From the human T2T-CHM13v2.0 reference genome, Homo sapiens, in NCBI RefSeq assembly GCF_009914755.1, contig NC_060947.1: a stretch of 64,000 nt of DNA; one strand, 5' to 3'. Of this stretch, positions 13,032 through 26,800 are shown piece after piece (the first letter of the stretch is position 1; the number at the start of each line of letters is the position of its first letter). A model generated the notes under the pieces. The model ran no database searches and was not told the DNA's origin. It was given only the letters and a program-made list of their open reading frames with translations. The position numbers and the translations under genes are program-made.

Positions 13032-13439
13032 ATGGTACATATGAAAACTCATTTTCCTGTATCTTTTAATAGTATAAAAAATTCAATTTGACTAGCTCCT
13101 ATTTTTGAGCTATAGAAGCCTTAGAACTTTAAACATTACTACAGAGGGAGACACCAGGCCCAGGCCACTTCACAGGAAATGAGTACTTTTCAAATGCACA
13201 AAGGCTGAAATAATCAGCGAAAGACTGGCACTATAAGATATACATACATAAAGTGGTACATTTATAAAATATGTCTGTCAGACTTTCATAATATTGGTTG
13301 AAATGGAAATGGACTTGGAGATATTGACTTAAGATTCATCATCATAGACATGGCTGATATCATAGATGGTAGGGAGGCTGTGGAAAATAAAAAAGAGGCA
13401 CAAAGTGAAAAGCATGGGAAGAACCGATGATGCATGAGA

Positions 13440-13608
13440 GATTTATTTGATGAGTGCCTAATGTACAAGGTACCATGCAAGGTGTGTAACATACTTTATC
13501 TCATTTCCCTTACATTATGCCTATGAAGTAGATATAATTATTCCTATTTTGTAGATGAGAAAACTGGAACTCTGAGAATTTAAGTAAATTTCCTAAGAAT
13601 ACACTGCC
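13440..13608 (-). mobile_element. MIR SINE
   Basis: MIR core ttattcctattttgtagatgagaaaactgga...taagtaaatttcctaag. Confidence 0.75.
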
Positions 13609-13624
13609 AAAAAATGGCAGAAAG

Positions 13625-15660
13625 AGGATACAAAATGAATGTGCAAAAAACAGTAGCATTTATATATGTTAACAGCAAACAATATAAAAAAAAAGAAATG
13701 AAGAAAGCAATGCCATCTAAATAGCTGCAAAAATATAAAGTATTTGGCAACAAATTTAAACAAGAAATGAAAGGTCTCTGCACTGAAAACTATAAAACAT
13801 CAATGAAAGTATTTGAATAAATTCACAAAGGAAATGGAATATTTCATGCTCATGGATTCAAATAATTAATATTGTTAAATTGTTTATATGATCCAAAGAG
13901 ATTTACAGATTCAATGCAATCCTTATGCCTGTATCAAAACATCCCATATACCCCATAAATATATACACCTACTATGTACCCAGAAAACTTTAAATTAAAA
14001 AAATTTTTAAAAATACTGAGATTCTTCACAGAAATAGAAAAAAAATTCTAAAAAGTATCACAAAAGTCCTCAAATAGTCATACCAAATCTGAGCAAAAAG
14101 AACAAAGCAGGAGGCATCACACTATCTGACTTCAAAATATAATACAAAGCCATAGTAACCAAAACAGCACTGTACTGGCATAAAGACAGACATTTAGACC
14201 AATGGAACAGAATAGAATACGCAGAAATATATCCATGCATTTATAGCCAACTCATTTTCTACAAAGATGTCAAGAGTGTATATTGGGGAAAGGACAGTCT
14301 CTTTAATAAAAACTGGCTAACCATATGTAGAAGAATAAAACTAGACCTCTAGCCCTCACCATATAGAAAAATCAAATCAAAATAGGTTAAAGACTAATCA
14401 AATCAAAAAACCTGAAACTATGAAACTACGAAACTACGAGATAAAAACAGGGGAAATGCTCTATCATGTTGGCCTGGACAAAGAGTTTTTGAGCAAAACC
14501 TCAAAAGCACAGGCAAAAAATGTAAAAAAAGACAAATGGCATTACATCAAGATAAAAAGCTTTAGCACAGCAAAGGATAAAACAAAGTGAAGAGACAACC
14601 CACAGAATGGAAGAAAATATTTGGAAACTATCCATCTGACAAGAGATCAATAGTCAGAATATATTAGGAACTCAATGGTAAGAAAACAAGTAATCCAATT
14701 TTAAAATGGGCAAAAGATCTGAATAGACATTTCTCAAAAGAAGACAAACAATGGCCAAAGGGTGTATAAAATAATGCTCACCATCACTAATAATCAGGGA
14801 AATGCGAATCAAAACCACAATAAAATATTATCTCACCCTAGTTAAAATGGCTTTTATAAAAAGGGAATTAGTGAGTCTGGCAAAGATGTGGGGAAAGGAG
14901 AACCTTCATACACTTTTATGGGAATGTAGATTAGTACAGCCACTATGGAAAACAGTATGGAGGTTTATTTTTAAAAAAGAATCTACCATATCATATGATC
15001 CAGCAATCCCATTAGAGCTTATATATCCAAAAGAAAGTAAATCAATATATCAGAGATGTCTGCACTCCCATGTTTATTGCAGCAATATTCACAATAGCCA
15101 ATATACAGAATCAACCTAAGTGTTTATCAACAGATGAATGGATAAAAAAGTGACATATATACACAATATAATATTATTCATCCATAAAAATGAGATCCTA
15201 TCATTTGCAGCAACATAGATGGAATTGGGGGTCATTACATTGAGTGAAATAAGCCAGGCACAGAAAGACAAATATCACTTGCTCTCTCTCATATATGGAC
15301 CCTATAAGAGAGGACTTCATGAAGATAGAGTAGATTGGTGATCACCAGAGGCCAGAAAGATTTGTAAGGAGTAGGAATGAAGAGAAGTTGATTAATAGAT
15401 GCAAAAATACAGTTAGATAGAAAGGATAATACCTCATGTTCAATAATTCAGTAGGGTGATTTTAATAACAATGTTGTATACTTCAAAATAACTAAAGGAA
15501 ATTAATTATAATGTTTCTAGCATACAGAAGAGATAAATGTTTAAATTGATAGATATCTCAATTACCCTGATTTGATAATTACACATTATATGAATGTATC
15601 AAAATATTGCATGTACCTGGAAAATGTGTAAATCTGTTATGTATAAATACAAATTATTCA
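13625..15660 (+). mobile_element. 5'-truncated L1MA4/5-like element (ORF2 3' part and 3' UTR)
   Basis: ORF 14802-15119 resembles the ORF2 C-terminus (MRIKTTIKYYLTLVKMA...YDPAIPL); 3' UTR ends tgttatgtataaatacaaa. Confidence 0.92.
13925..14012 (+). mobile_element. L1MA1-3-type 3' terminal fragment nested in an older L1 ORF2
   Basis: atgcctgtatcaaaacatcccatataccccataaatatatacacctactatgtaccca plus A-tail interrupts ...tgcaatccttat|aaaatac... Confidence 0.85.
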
Positions 15661-15669
15661 AAAATAAAT

Positions 15670-17591
15670 TTAGGAAAAATCTCATTTACAATAACTACAA
15701 AAATAATTAGGAATCTATTGAAGGAGGTGAAAGACCACTACAATGAAAACAATAGAACACCGATGAAAGAAATTGAAGAAGGCACAAATAAATGGAATGA
15801 TATCCCCTGTTCTTAGAATGGAATAATTAGTATTGTTAAAATGTCCATACTACCCAAAAGGATCTACAGACACAGTGCAATCCCTATTACAATTCAAATG
15901 ACTTTCTTTTACAAAAATAGAAAAAACAATCCTGAAACTCATATAGAACCACAAAAGATCCTGAATAACCAAAGCATTCTTGAGCAAAAAGAACAAGGCT
16001 GGAGGCATCACACTTCCTGACTTCAAAATATGCTACCAAGCTATAGTAATCAAATAGTGTTGTACTAGCATAAAAACATATACATAGAACAATGGAATAG
16101 AATAGAGAACCCAGAAATAAACACATGCATTTATGGTCAACTGATTTTCAACATAGGTGCCAAAAACACAATGGACAAAGGACTATCCCTTCAATTAGTG
16201 GTACTGAAACAACTTAATATCCACAGGCAGAAAAATGAAAGTAGATCGTCATCTCACATCACGTACAAAAATGAAAGATTTAAATATAAGACTTGAAATT
16301 ATAAAACTACTAGAAGAAAGCATGGGGGAAAAGTTCTGTGACATTGGTCTGGGCAATTGTTTTTTTTTTTAATATGAACCCAGAAGCACAGGCAACAAAA
16401 GCAAACATAGACAAATAGGATTACAGCAAACTAAAAAGGTTCCCCATAGCAAAAAAACAAACAAACAAAAACAAAACAAAAAACAGTGAAGAGACAACTT
16501 ACGGAATGGGAGAAAATATTTTTAAACCATATATCTGATAAAAGACTAATATCCAAAATATATAAGGAATTCAAAAAACATGAAAACAATAAAACAAATA
16601 ACCCAATTAAAACAATGGTTAAAAGATTTGAATAAGCATTTTTTAAAGGAAGGCACACAAATGGCCAACAGATACATGAAAAAAATCATCAACATCAGTA
16701 ATCATCAGAGAAATGCAAGTTAATACTACAATGCGATGTCACCTCACACCTGTTAGAATGGCTATCATCAAAACAACAGAAGATAATAAGTGATGGAGAG
16801 GATGTGGAGAAAAGGGAATCTTTGCACACTGCTGGTGGGAAGATAAATTAGTACAGTCACTATAGAAGACAGTATGGAGATTCCCCTAATACTAAAAATA
16901 GAACTACCATATGATCCAGCAATCCCACCACTGGGTATATATCTAAAGGAAATGAAATAAGTATATTGAAGAGATATCTGCACTTCCATGTTCAGTGCAG
17001 CGTTATTCACAATAGCCAAGATAGGGAATCAACCTAAGTGTCCATCAACAAATGAATGGATAGGGAAAAAATTTGTATATGTACACAACGTAATAATATT
17101 CAGCCTTCAAAAGGAAGGAAATTCTCTCACTGGCAACATCATGGATGCACCAGGAAGACATTATGTTAAGTGAAATAAACCAAGTACAGAAAGACAAATA
17201 CTGAATGATCTCACTTATATGTGGAACCTAAAACAGTTGAACTTACAGAAATAAAGACTGTAATGTTGGTTACCAGGGGCTTTGGGAGGGGCAGGGTTGG
17301 GCAGATGTTGGCCAAAGGATACAAAGTTTCAGTTAGATGGGAGCAATTAAGTTGAAGAGATGTATTGTGCACCATGGTGACTATAGTTAATAACAATGTA
17401 TTGTATTCTTGAAAATTACTCAGAGTAGATTTTAAGTGTTCTCATGACAAAACACAAATGATGAGAGGTAATGTGAATGTTAATTAGCCCAATTTTGCCA
17501 TTACACAGTGTATATATATTTCAAAACAACATGTTATACATGATAGATATATACAAATGTTATTTGTCAATTAAAATAAATAAGAAAAAAA
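15670..17591 (+). mobile_element. 5'-truncated L1MA6/7-like element
   Basis: ORF2-like peptides (KEVKDHYNEN...KWNDIPCS; MFSAALFTIAK...QPKCPS); ends ttatttgtcaattaaaataaa. Confidence 0.92.
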
Positions 17592-19229
17592 GAATTATAC
17601 CTTCAAGTTGTTTCGTTAAAGAAAGAAAAAGGAGAAATTCTAGGCGAATAAATGACTAAAATCCTCTATCTTCTTTCAGCCCTATTTCATTGTGGGGGAT
17701 CTTTCACTCCACCATTATTTTCTCAATACACAGTGGTGAATGACCCACTTGTTCATAGCAGATGGGTAGCCCCTCCTGTTTCCAATCTGTTTTTGGATTT
17801 CCCCCATACTGAATAGGTACCAGCTCTACTTTGTTATGATTATTGCTTTTATCTTTACAACTACTCTTATCCTGGCTGACACATAATACATTTTTGTTTC
17901 GATGAATTACTCCAGCCTTAAGGGGTCCTGCTACTACTCTGGCAACTCCCTGTTCCTTCCCATCTAATAAACGTTAAGTAGTATTCTTTGATCCCTGTAG
18001 CCTCATCTTGGTAATCTCTCTAGCTAGAACATGGAGTCAGGTTAAAAACCAGAGTCTTCTCAGTTCACCTCACGGGAGCAGTTAATAGAAACTGGAAGCA
18101 CTAACTCAAGCATCAAAGAAATGAAATAACAAGAAAGGATGAATAACAGTTTTTAATAGTGGGAGGCCGCTATCTTCAGTGCATAATGAATGTGCATCAA
18201 TGTCACTCTAAATTGTGGTTTCTAATGAATTTTAAATGTAATGTGCGATTTTTTAGCTGTTAATCATAAAAATGAAATAATCTAGGTTAGAGTCAAATAA
18301 TGTGAAGCTTGTTCTGAGATTCCTTCCATAGACGCTCTCCTTCTGTTGACCCACTATCTGCCTCCACCAACTTAAGAACAAGGGTACAAATTAGGCAGCT
18401 GTGATCTGTAACTGGCTTGCCAGAACTATGACATACTGTAAGAGAAGAAACGACCCTCTACCTGTCACATTTTTAACCTCTTCCTTACTGAGTCATATTT
18501 AATCATATTTCAAAACAGGAATAAGTAAATCACACTACAGATCCCTGTATATGTTTTTTTTTCAATGAATCCATTAACCAGTTCCATTGTAGAGAGATTA
18601 CATCAATTCAAAAATGTAAATTCCAGCTTTTCAAACTCAGCTCAGTAAAATTCTAAACTTCATTTCTAGATATCTGTTTACATGGGAAATTTATAACTTT
18701 CTGGCAGATAACTTGAAACACAGGAATAGCTAAGTGAGAAAGTATTTGAGTGATAGTATAGAGATTATCAATATTTCTGCTAATTGTTCACATTTTGTTT
18801 TTTCTCTTCCACATTTTCCCACAGGAAAAATCAGAAAAGAACACTCTCCATCGTCAGAAAGCATGACATTGTTGCCATATATGGAACAATTAAAAGTTAT
18901 ATCTCATCTGGAAGAAATATGACGGAAAAATTAATAAAGGAGGACCAGGTGGTAGAGGATTTAATGAAATGAAGGAATAATGAAAGGGTGTCTTAAACTA
19001 AGGCTACTCCATAACTTCGCTTGTATTAATGATAAGATATAGGTAGCCAGGATTTGGTCTGGGAATCTTCTATATTGATGCTATTGGATAAGCTTTAGAA
19101 GTAGATGAAATTCATGAGGTGAACTATCATTGCAAACCCTGAATTTTTCGTCTCTATCTCTGCCTAAATTCTGCACAGAATCCACTGTACTGAAAACTTT
19201 AGCATGACAGAAGTGACATATTAAAACAA

Positions 19230-20085
<856 letters not shown>

Positions 20086-22409
20086 AAAAAAAAAGAAGCA
20101 GATCCTATTGCAGAAATCATCTATGTAATATTTATTAACAGTTTTGTCAGAAATATGACAATAAGAGCATTCTGCATTTTGAGTAATCACATTCATATTG
20201 GTAGGAAATATGATCAAAGCTCTTTATTTTTGAGCCAAACCCATTGACTGAGGGGCATATATATTGACTAATAGTAAGATTTTAAAATGAAACCAATCTG
20301 GCTTCGTCTTATTTTGTGCAAGTGGAAAACTTCCACAAGAGGAAAGACAGAAGGGAGAAAACAGAAGTAATTGGAAGCTAGTGAAAGATTGGTGGTTGCA
20401 GTGGGGGAATGTATGGTGCTTAACATTTGTCATTACTCAGAAATTCATAATTTTGCAATGCAAGTCTCATCCCCATCCTCGTTTCTACAGTTTTGTGTGT
20501 TTATGTGAGATGATGCCACAATCCGGCAAGACCAAATCTTCTCTCCTTGACTTAGTGCTGTTTTATTCTGGCTATTTGGAAATATGTTCTTGTTGCTGAA
20601 TTGATCACAATATGAGTCCTGGAATGCTGATTTTTTTAGCATGCGTTCTTTCAAACTGGCCATTTCTTTGGCAGTCTATTTCAACGCATGCAATAAGAAT
20701 GAATTGTGTTATCCAAACAGAGGGAAATAAAATCACAGCTGGGTGTTACCTCAGCTGCAGGCATCTAATCAAGAGCACTCCCATATCATCTGGCTGATTG
20801 TTCCCTAAATTGCCTGAATGCTGAGAAACTTCTGTCACTAGACATCACTAGAATTGGAATTAGAGGACCTCTGTGACCTCAGAGATATTTAGAAAGTAGT
20901 GTCTGCAGGGCCATAGGAAGCCCTTTCCCTGGACTTAAACTTGCTCAGAGTTTGACTCGGTGACATGTTTATCTTTAATCTCTTCCATTAGGAAATAGTG
21001 ACATTTTCTCCTATGCTACTGCGAAAGCACAGGTTCATTGTATTTTGATTGGCTCCCAATGAAACAGACATATATGTAAACATTGTAGTATGCAGGTGGG
21101 TTATGCCGTCTAATCAGAAAGTAGTTTAGTAATAAACCATCTTGGACCTCACTTAGGACTTCAGCGTGCCAAGTGCAGTCAAAACATGAGCGAAAATCTG
21201 AGAGTAAGCAGGACAGAAAAAAAGGCAGTCACATCTCTGCAGGGTGGCAAATCCACTCAGATAACTTATTTTCTATGTTCATAATGTCACCCACCCTCAC
21301 TGTGGCATATCTTGCTCTATAACTTGTTCTTTTGTTCAGAATTTGTGACACTATTGCCCTTCTCCTGTAAGGGGATGTATTTCCCATTAGTCAGACTCCC
21401 ATTACTCGTAAGACTGGACTTATGGAGGGAAAAATGTCTTGATTTTAACACTTCCACTTTATTCTGTGCAACTACCTTGCCACATTTCATTCATCTGATT
21501 AAAGTAAAATTGAGATATTTGGGCAAAAGAGAATCTCCCTGTGCCTCTTTCTAAATTATAAAAGTTTTCGTTTTTGTTTCCAAGTCATTTTCTGTGGAAA
21601 TCTCTGTCCACAGAGAACTGTGGATTGTGGGGATTTAGAAGAAGGTGAGGGTTTCCAAAGAAACAGAGACTGAGGGCTAGTTCTCTTTGCCTTTATTTAC
21701 CCAAATAGTTTCTAGACTTCAAACCTACTCTACAGCCTCACTTATTCCCTGGGGCTTATAATAAGAAGAAAGACATGAAGAAGCATTACTTCTTTCCTAT
21801 CCATTTGGACTTATCTGAAAGAGACCATGCACCCTGTATTATTTAAAATTCGGTATGTTCTCTCTGATTTCTAATCCCCAAGGCCCTCACCTCAAGGGGG
21901 AAGACAACTACATCCCAACCCTTTGCTCTACTCCCATGCGTACAGTGTTTCCAATCCCTCACAGGATCCAGTCTAGACTTCCCAAGCTCTTTGAATTATC
22001 CAGACCCTAACAACTTTCACTTGCTCAACTCTCCTCTCTTCAGTCTTATGTCCTGTAAAATATTCAATGTTTAATTTGCCATCATTAATGTTCCCCACAC
22101 ATTTTTCATGAAATTAACTCATCTGTAACCATTATTTTCAGCCATTTGCATATCATTCCCTACTGGAAACTTTTTCTTTAGCCAAAACTGCTTCAAACTG
22201 CAAGGTGCATTTCAAGATCGACTTTTTATTTTATTGCATAGTTTAATGACTATATGACTATTCTAGTTCCCATGAAGCATTCTTTCTGTGAATTCTATAC
22301 TGTTCAGCACTTTGTTATTGAATCATCTAATCTTTTATTATTGCCTAAACATTTCACACACACACATACACATGCACACTTAATCTTATCTCCTAAATAT
22401 AATGTTTTC

Positions 22410-22560
22410 CACTTATTCATTATTTCAGTAAATATCAAATATTTTCCTTCCATGGGTCAAATGCTGTGCTAAGAACTGTTGATCACATAAAATGTAAAAT
22501 ATGTTGTTCCTGCTTTCAAGGAGATCACAAACTATCAGTAAAGATTAGGCACATGGAAAA
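22410..22560 (-). mobile_element. L2 3' end fragment
   Basis: ttattcattatttcagtaaatat...tgctgtgctaag...ttcctgctttcaaggagatcaca. Confidence 0.55.
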
Positions 22561-22764
22561 ATAGCAGGAGGAAGAAAGTGCTGTATCATGATGAGTACGT
22601 GGAAAAACATTTATATGTGAGTCTTAGAAACTCAAAGCAATTAACAATGAATACGTTCCTAAAACAAATAAAAGGAAAATGCAAAGAATTGAAGACCTCA
22701 GTCAACTGGATGAATATTCACAGCGTTTTCCGATGGATCACTCAACCCTGATCTGTTGGTGTCT

Positions 22765-22860
22765 TACTTTGCCTAAACCCAAACAGAAGACAGAATGCAA
22801 AGGGGCACAATTGATAGAGTCCACTTAAGTCCTTCTTCCAGGGCACAAATACGGTGGCAT
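22765..22860. mobile_element. LTR33-like ERVL LTR fragment
   Basis: aaacccaaacagaagacagaatgcaaaggggcacaattgatagagtcca...cttccagggcaca resembles recalled LTR33. Confidence 0.45.
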
Positions 22861-23987
22861 GATTAGTAAATGTTTTTCTAAAGGAGTTTGCAATCTCAAT
22901 GCCTATGAGGAAAGTTTAATGCTGATTACAGGGGAGGTGAGAGATTCTTTGGAAAATGGGCTAGAAAACCAGATAAGTAGATTTGAGATTTATTTGGATA
23001 TGGATAATCCTGAGGGAGTAGAAAACCAAATTTCAACTTGAATAGCAGTAACTTTGGAGATATGTATTACTCAAATGTAGTCCATTCTGTCTTAGGTGCT
23101 ACAGCAGTTCTGGAAAACAACTTGGAAGGCTGTTGGTAAGCACTGTCTCAAACACTAAAATCAAGCCAAAGCCCAGAGAGCAAGAAAGAAGGCGATAAAT
23201 GTTGCTTAAAAAATTATATTTCTTGTAGGAAAATAAGTTAGTGAAAGCGATGATTATCATATAATAGTGACGGATACTCTATTTTCCTTTATGTATCCTG
23301 CAAGGCATACCCCAATTGAGCAGCTTGCTATTTCCCCAGCAGGCCACATATTTCCATCCTGAAATTAGGAGGGAGGGGCAGAGACTCCCTTATTTATCTT
23401 GTGCCACTGTGTTGAATACTCTTCATTTGCCCCACCAGATCTTTTATTTCTTGACCATGTGAGTGGAAAGGGAGATGTCAATCTTACTGCACACCACAGG
23501 AGCCCATTGGGAGGCCTCCAAACTCCTGATAGTGAAACGAATGCAGGAGCAGGACTGGGAGGCTCTACAGTGACACAAACATTTGGCAGGAAAGTTGGGA
23601 CTGCTTTCATGGTGTATAGTCTCCTTTCTTTAGAGACCAGATTCTTTGAGTTCTCAAGTAACTCAAAGAAATTATAATCCCGACTAGGTCAATTCTTTGG
23701 AGAAATAATGATAGTCTTAAGAGCTAGCATTCATTGGACGTTTTTCCTATATTTGTATTGAATTATATTGTTTAATCCTCAATATAGCTCATAAAGTACT
23801 ATTATTAACTTCCTCCTTTCCAAAAAATAGAGTTTAAGTACTTTCTCCATCAAAGTACCTGTGCTATTAATACAGAAAATCTCAAGACTACTAGAGTATT
23901 TCAAATTCCGATCGCTGCTGTCACTAATTGAACATCACCTGTTACCAGACCATGATGTGAAAGGCTTTACATAGATAATCTTGAAAA

Positions 23988-25075
23988 AACTGACACAAAA
24001 AATGGTTAAATGTATGGGAGTATGTGTTAAAAATTCCGATAAATCTATATATGTACACTGGAATTGAACAATTAAATGAATGGATGGTGGATAGTGAGAA
24101 TCAGGTTTCTCACTATTGGAGTCGGAGTTTATAAACAAACAAAGGGAAGAGGCTAGAATGATCCATGTGGTAAGGGATTATAGTTTGTGATGTCAGTATA
24201 AATTTACATTTAGCTTATTATAGATACAGATGGCTACATATGCACATATATATACACACACGTGTATACACACACATACATACATATATACACACACACA
24301 CATATTTATATGTATACACACACAAAAAAAATTATTTGGAATTCTTCTGGATGGGAGATTTGTCTTTTCTCCCCAAATTATTTATGTATTTGGTTAATTA
24401 TTTATATTAGTATGGACCCTGGGATATTTATTTTATGCTTTGGTTTATGATCCAATTGCCCACGTTGTTCCTCCTTTGGCCATTGTGAGCTCTTTCAGTT
24501 AGCGCCTGTGTCCCTCTGACATGCCCCCATTATTGTGGTTGTGTATATGTGTGTGTGTGTGTGTGCGTGCGTGTGCATGCTTGAGTTCTTCCTTGCTTAC
24601 TAGCACCATGAGATGCTCCAGACTCATCCCATATATTCTCCACTTCAATCCTAATGCCAACCATTTCTCTAAGGAGACTTTGTTCCTTTTATTGAAGTAT
24701 GGTATTAGAAATCAGGATCTAGGATCTAGGTGTGCTCATTGCTACTGGGGTATAGTTACTTCTATGCTCTCTCAACTGATAGTGCACAGGAAATATATAT
24801 GTGTATAATAATCATTATATATACACATATCCATATTTCTATATGTAGCCATCTGTATCTATAAGAAGCTAAATGTAAATTTATACTGACATCTGGAACT
24901 ATAGCTCCTCCCTTTGCTTATTTATAAACTCCCACTCCAATAGTGAGAAACCCGATTCCCACTATCCATCATCCATTCACTTAATTGTTCAATTCCAGTG
25001 TACATATATAGCTGTATCAGAATTTTAACACATACACACATACTCCCACACATTTAACCCTTTTTCATATCAGTT
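23988..25075. repeat. Inverted repeat pair, arms about 250 bp (23988-24241 and 24841-25075), spacer about 600 bp
   Basis: Reverse complement of 24001-24120 matches 24936-25062 with about 9 substitutions and 2 indels by hand. Confidence 0.95.
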
Positions 25076-25104
25076 ATTTATATATGTGTTTGTATATACG
25101 TGTG

Positions 25105-25320
25105 TATATATATATACATATATACTTGTATATACAGATATATACGTATACACTTGTATATACAGATATATATACATATATACTTGTATATACAGGTATA
25201 TACAGATATATATATACATATATACTTGTATATACAGATATATATACATATATACTTGTATATACAGATATATACATATATACTTGTATATACAGATATA
25301 TATATACATATATACACATA
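25105..25320 (+). repeat. AT-rich minisatellite, about 30-bp unit cttgtatatacagatatatatacatatata, 6 copies
   Basis: cttgta recurs at 25125, 25153, 25183, 25225, 25255, 25283. Confidence 0.9.
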
Positions 25321-26299
25321 AATATGTGTGCATATATATATACACACACATATATGTTACACACAAAAAAATTATTTGGAATCCTTCTGCATGGGAGATT
25401 TGTCTTTTCTCCCTAAATTATTTATATATTGTACACACACATATATATATGTGTGTGTATATATATGTGTGTATAATGTGCGTGTGTGTCTATATATATA
25501 TATATATAGACACACACACACATATACATATATACATATATATATTCTGGCCTCAGGGAAGTGAAATATAACTCCCATTCCTTAAGTGTGGTGTGTGCAT
25601 AGTCACTTCATTGCAAAGAAGACTGCGATGAAAAGATAAGAAAAAGAGTAACTATCTGGTAGAGAAACCTGTTAAAAACTACCTCAGCCAGGTGATTTAA
25701 GGTCAACATCAACAGTGATAAGTCATGGTGACTGTATTTGCTTTCTATATGATGTGATAAGAATGGCACTTTACCTCTGTGGTCTTCCAAAATGCACTAC
25801 TTAAAAACTAAAGAATAGGTTACTTACTTAAAATCACATAATTAGTAAAAAAGCCATATTAGCACATGGTCTTCTGTATCTTTACCTGTGATTGTTTTCA
25901 TAACTTAAAATAACTGTTTCAATATTATATTTTTCAGAAACTCATTGTATTGTATTTTTAAGAAACTACATTGGTGAATGCCTACATTTAATGCCTTTAA
26001 TACATTAGTATCTGTCAGATAATCTACTATGGAATTCTATGAATCTCCTAGGGTTGCACATTATTATTTGATTTGTCAACATAATATTTTATCTTTTGAC
26101 TTAGAGCTGTTACACATGAGGTCATCTGTAAGTTTATTCTACTTCTCTCTCTTTTTATCCCATTTTTGTTAATTGTACTATATCTAATTTCAGAACATAT
26201 ATTTAAATATTATTCTGACATGATTTTTCATACTGTTGTCTTAATTTTATATATATATATATATAATTTATACTTACCAACAGACTTTGCCAAAGTTTT

Positions 26300-26800
26300 C
26301 CTAATCATCTCCAGTTAGCTGAAGTTTATCCTGTAGGTTTTTCCTCAGAAAAGGCACATGGAAATGATATCATCTTAGTTCTTAAAATCTTAAAATTCTT
26401 TGTCTATTCTCTTTGGACTTGAAGGACGGCTTGCCTGGATGCAAAAGCATTGGCACAAATTTTCCCTTAGAAATACCTTTAATGTCTTCTGTCATTTAAT
26501 GATGTTGTTGAAAAAAGATGATGCCAACCCAATTCTTGTTACCTTTGCATTTTACTTAAGTGGTCAAAAAATTCTTTCTTCATTTTTAAAGTTCAATAGT
26601 TTTCCCAAGATATGTCTTAACATTTACTGTTCTGGATCATTTCCATCAGGTGCGTACTGTTGCCTTTCAAGTGTATATTTAAATCTTCTTTTACTTTAAG
26701 AGCATTTTCTTAAATTATAGTCTTGAACATTTATTTTGTTGCATTGTCTTGATCTGCTTTGAGCTCTCAAATTAGTCACATATTAAACCTTTTTCTGCCT
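26300..26800 (-). mobile_element. Very old L1 ORF1-region fragment
   Basis: ttgcctggat...ttttcccttaga...gttgaaaaaagatgatgcca...ttttcttaaattata pattern of antisense L1M ORF1. Confidence 0.5.

Larger units (their letters stand above)
23988..25795. mobile_element. L1MC4-type 3' region, internally rearranged (+ / - / - / + blocks)
   Basis: ggtattagaaatcaggatct...gtgtgctcattgctactgggg (minus); ctacctcagccaggtgat...gtcaacatcaacagtgataagtcatg (plus). Confidence 0.85.

Noticed and set aside
12452-13176. Inverted repeats as TIRs of a new DNA transposon
   Set aside because: No TSD outside the arms, no transposase, and the left arm coincides exactly with an L1 5' truncation point
25105-25320. Regularly spaced 30-bp repeats suggestive of a CRISPR array
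   Set aside because: No unique spacers, low complexity, no cas genes, primate DNA
25070-25578. Cluster of overlapping Y/I/C/T-rich ORFs up to 161 aa on both strands
   Set aside because: Translation artefact of the stop-poor TA/CA minisatellite
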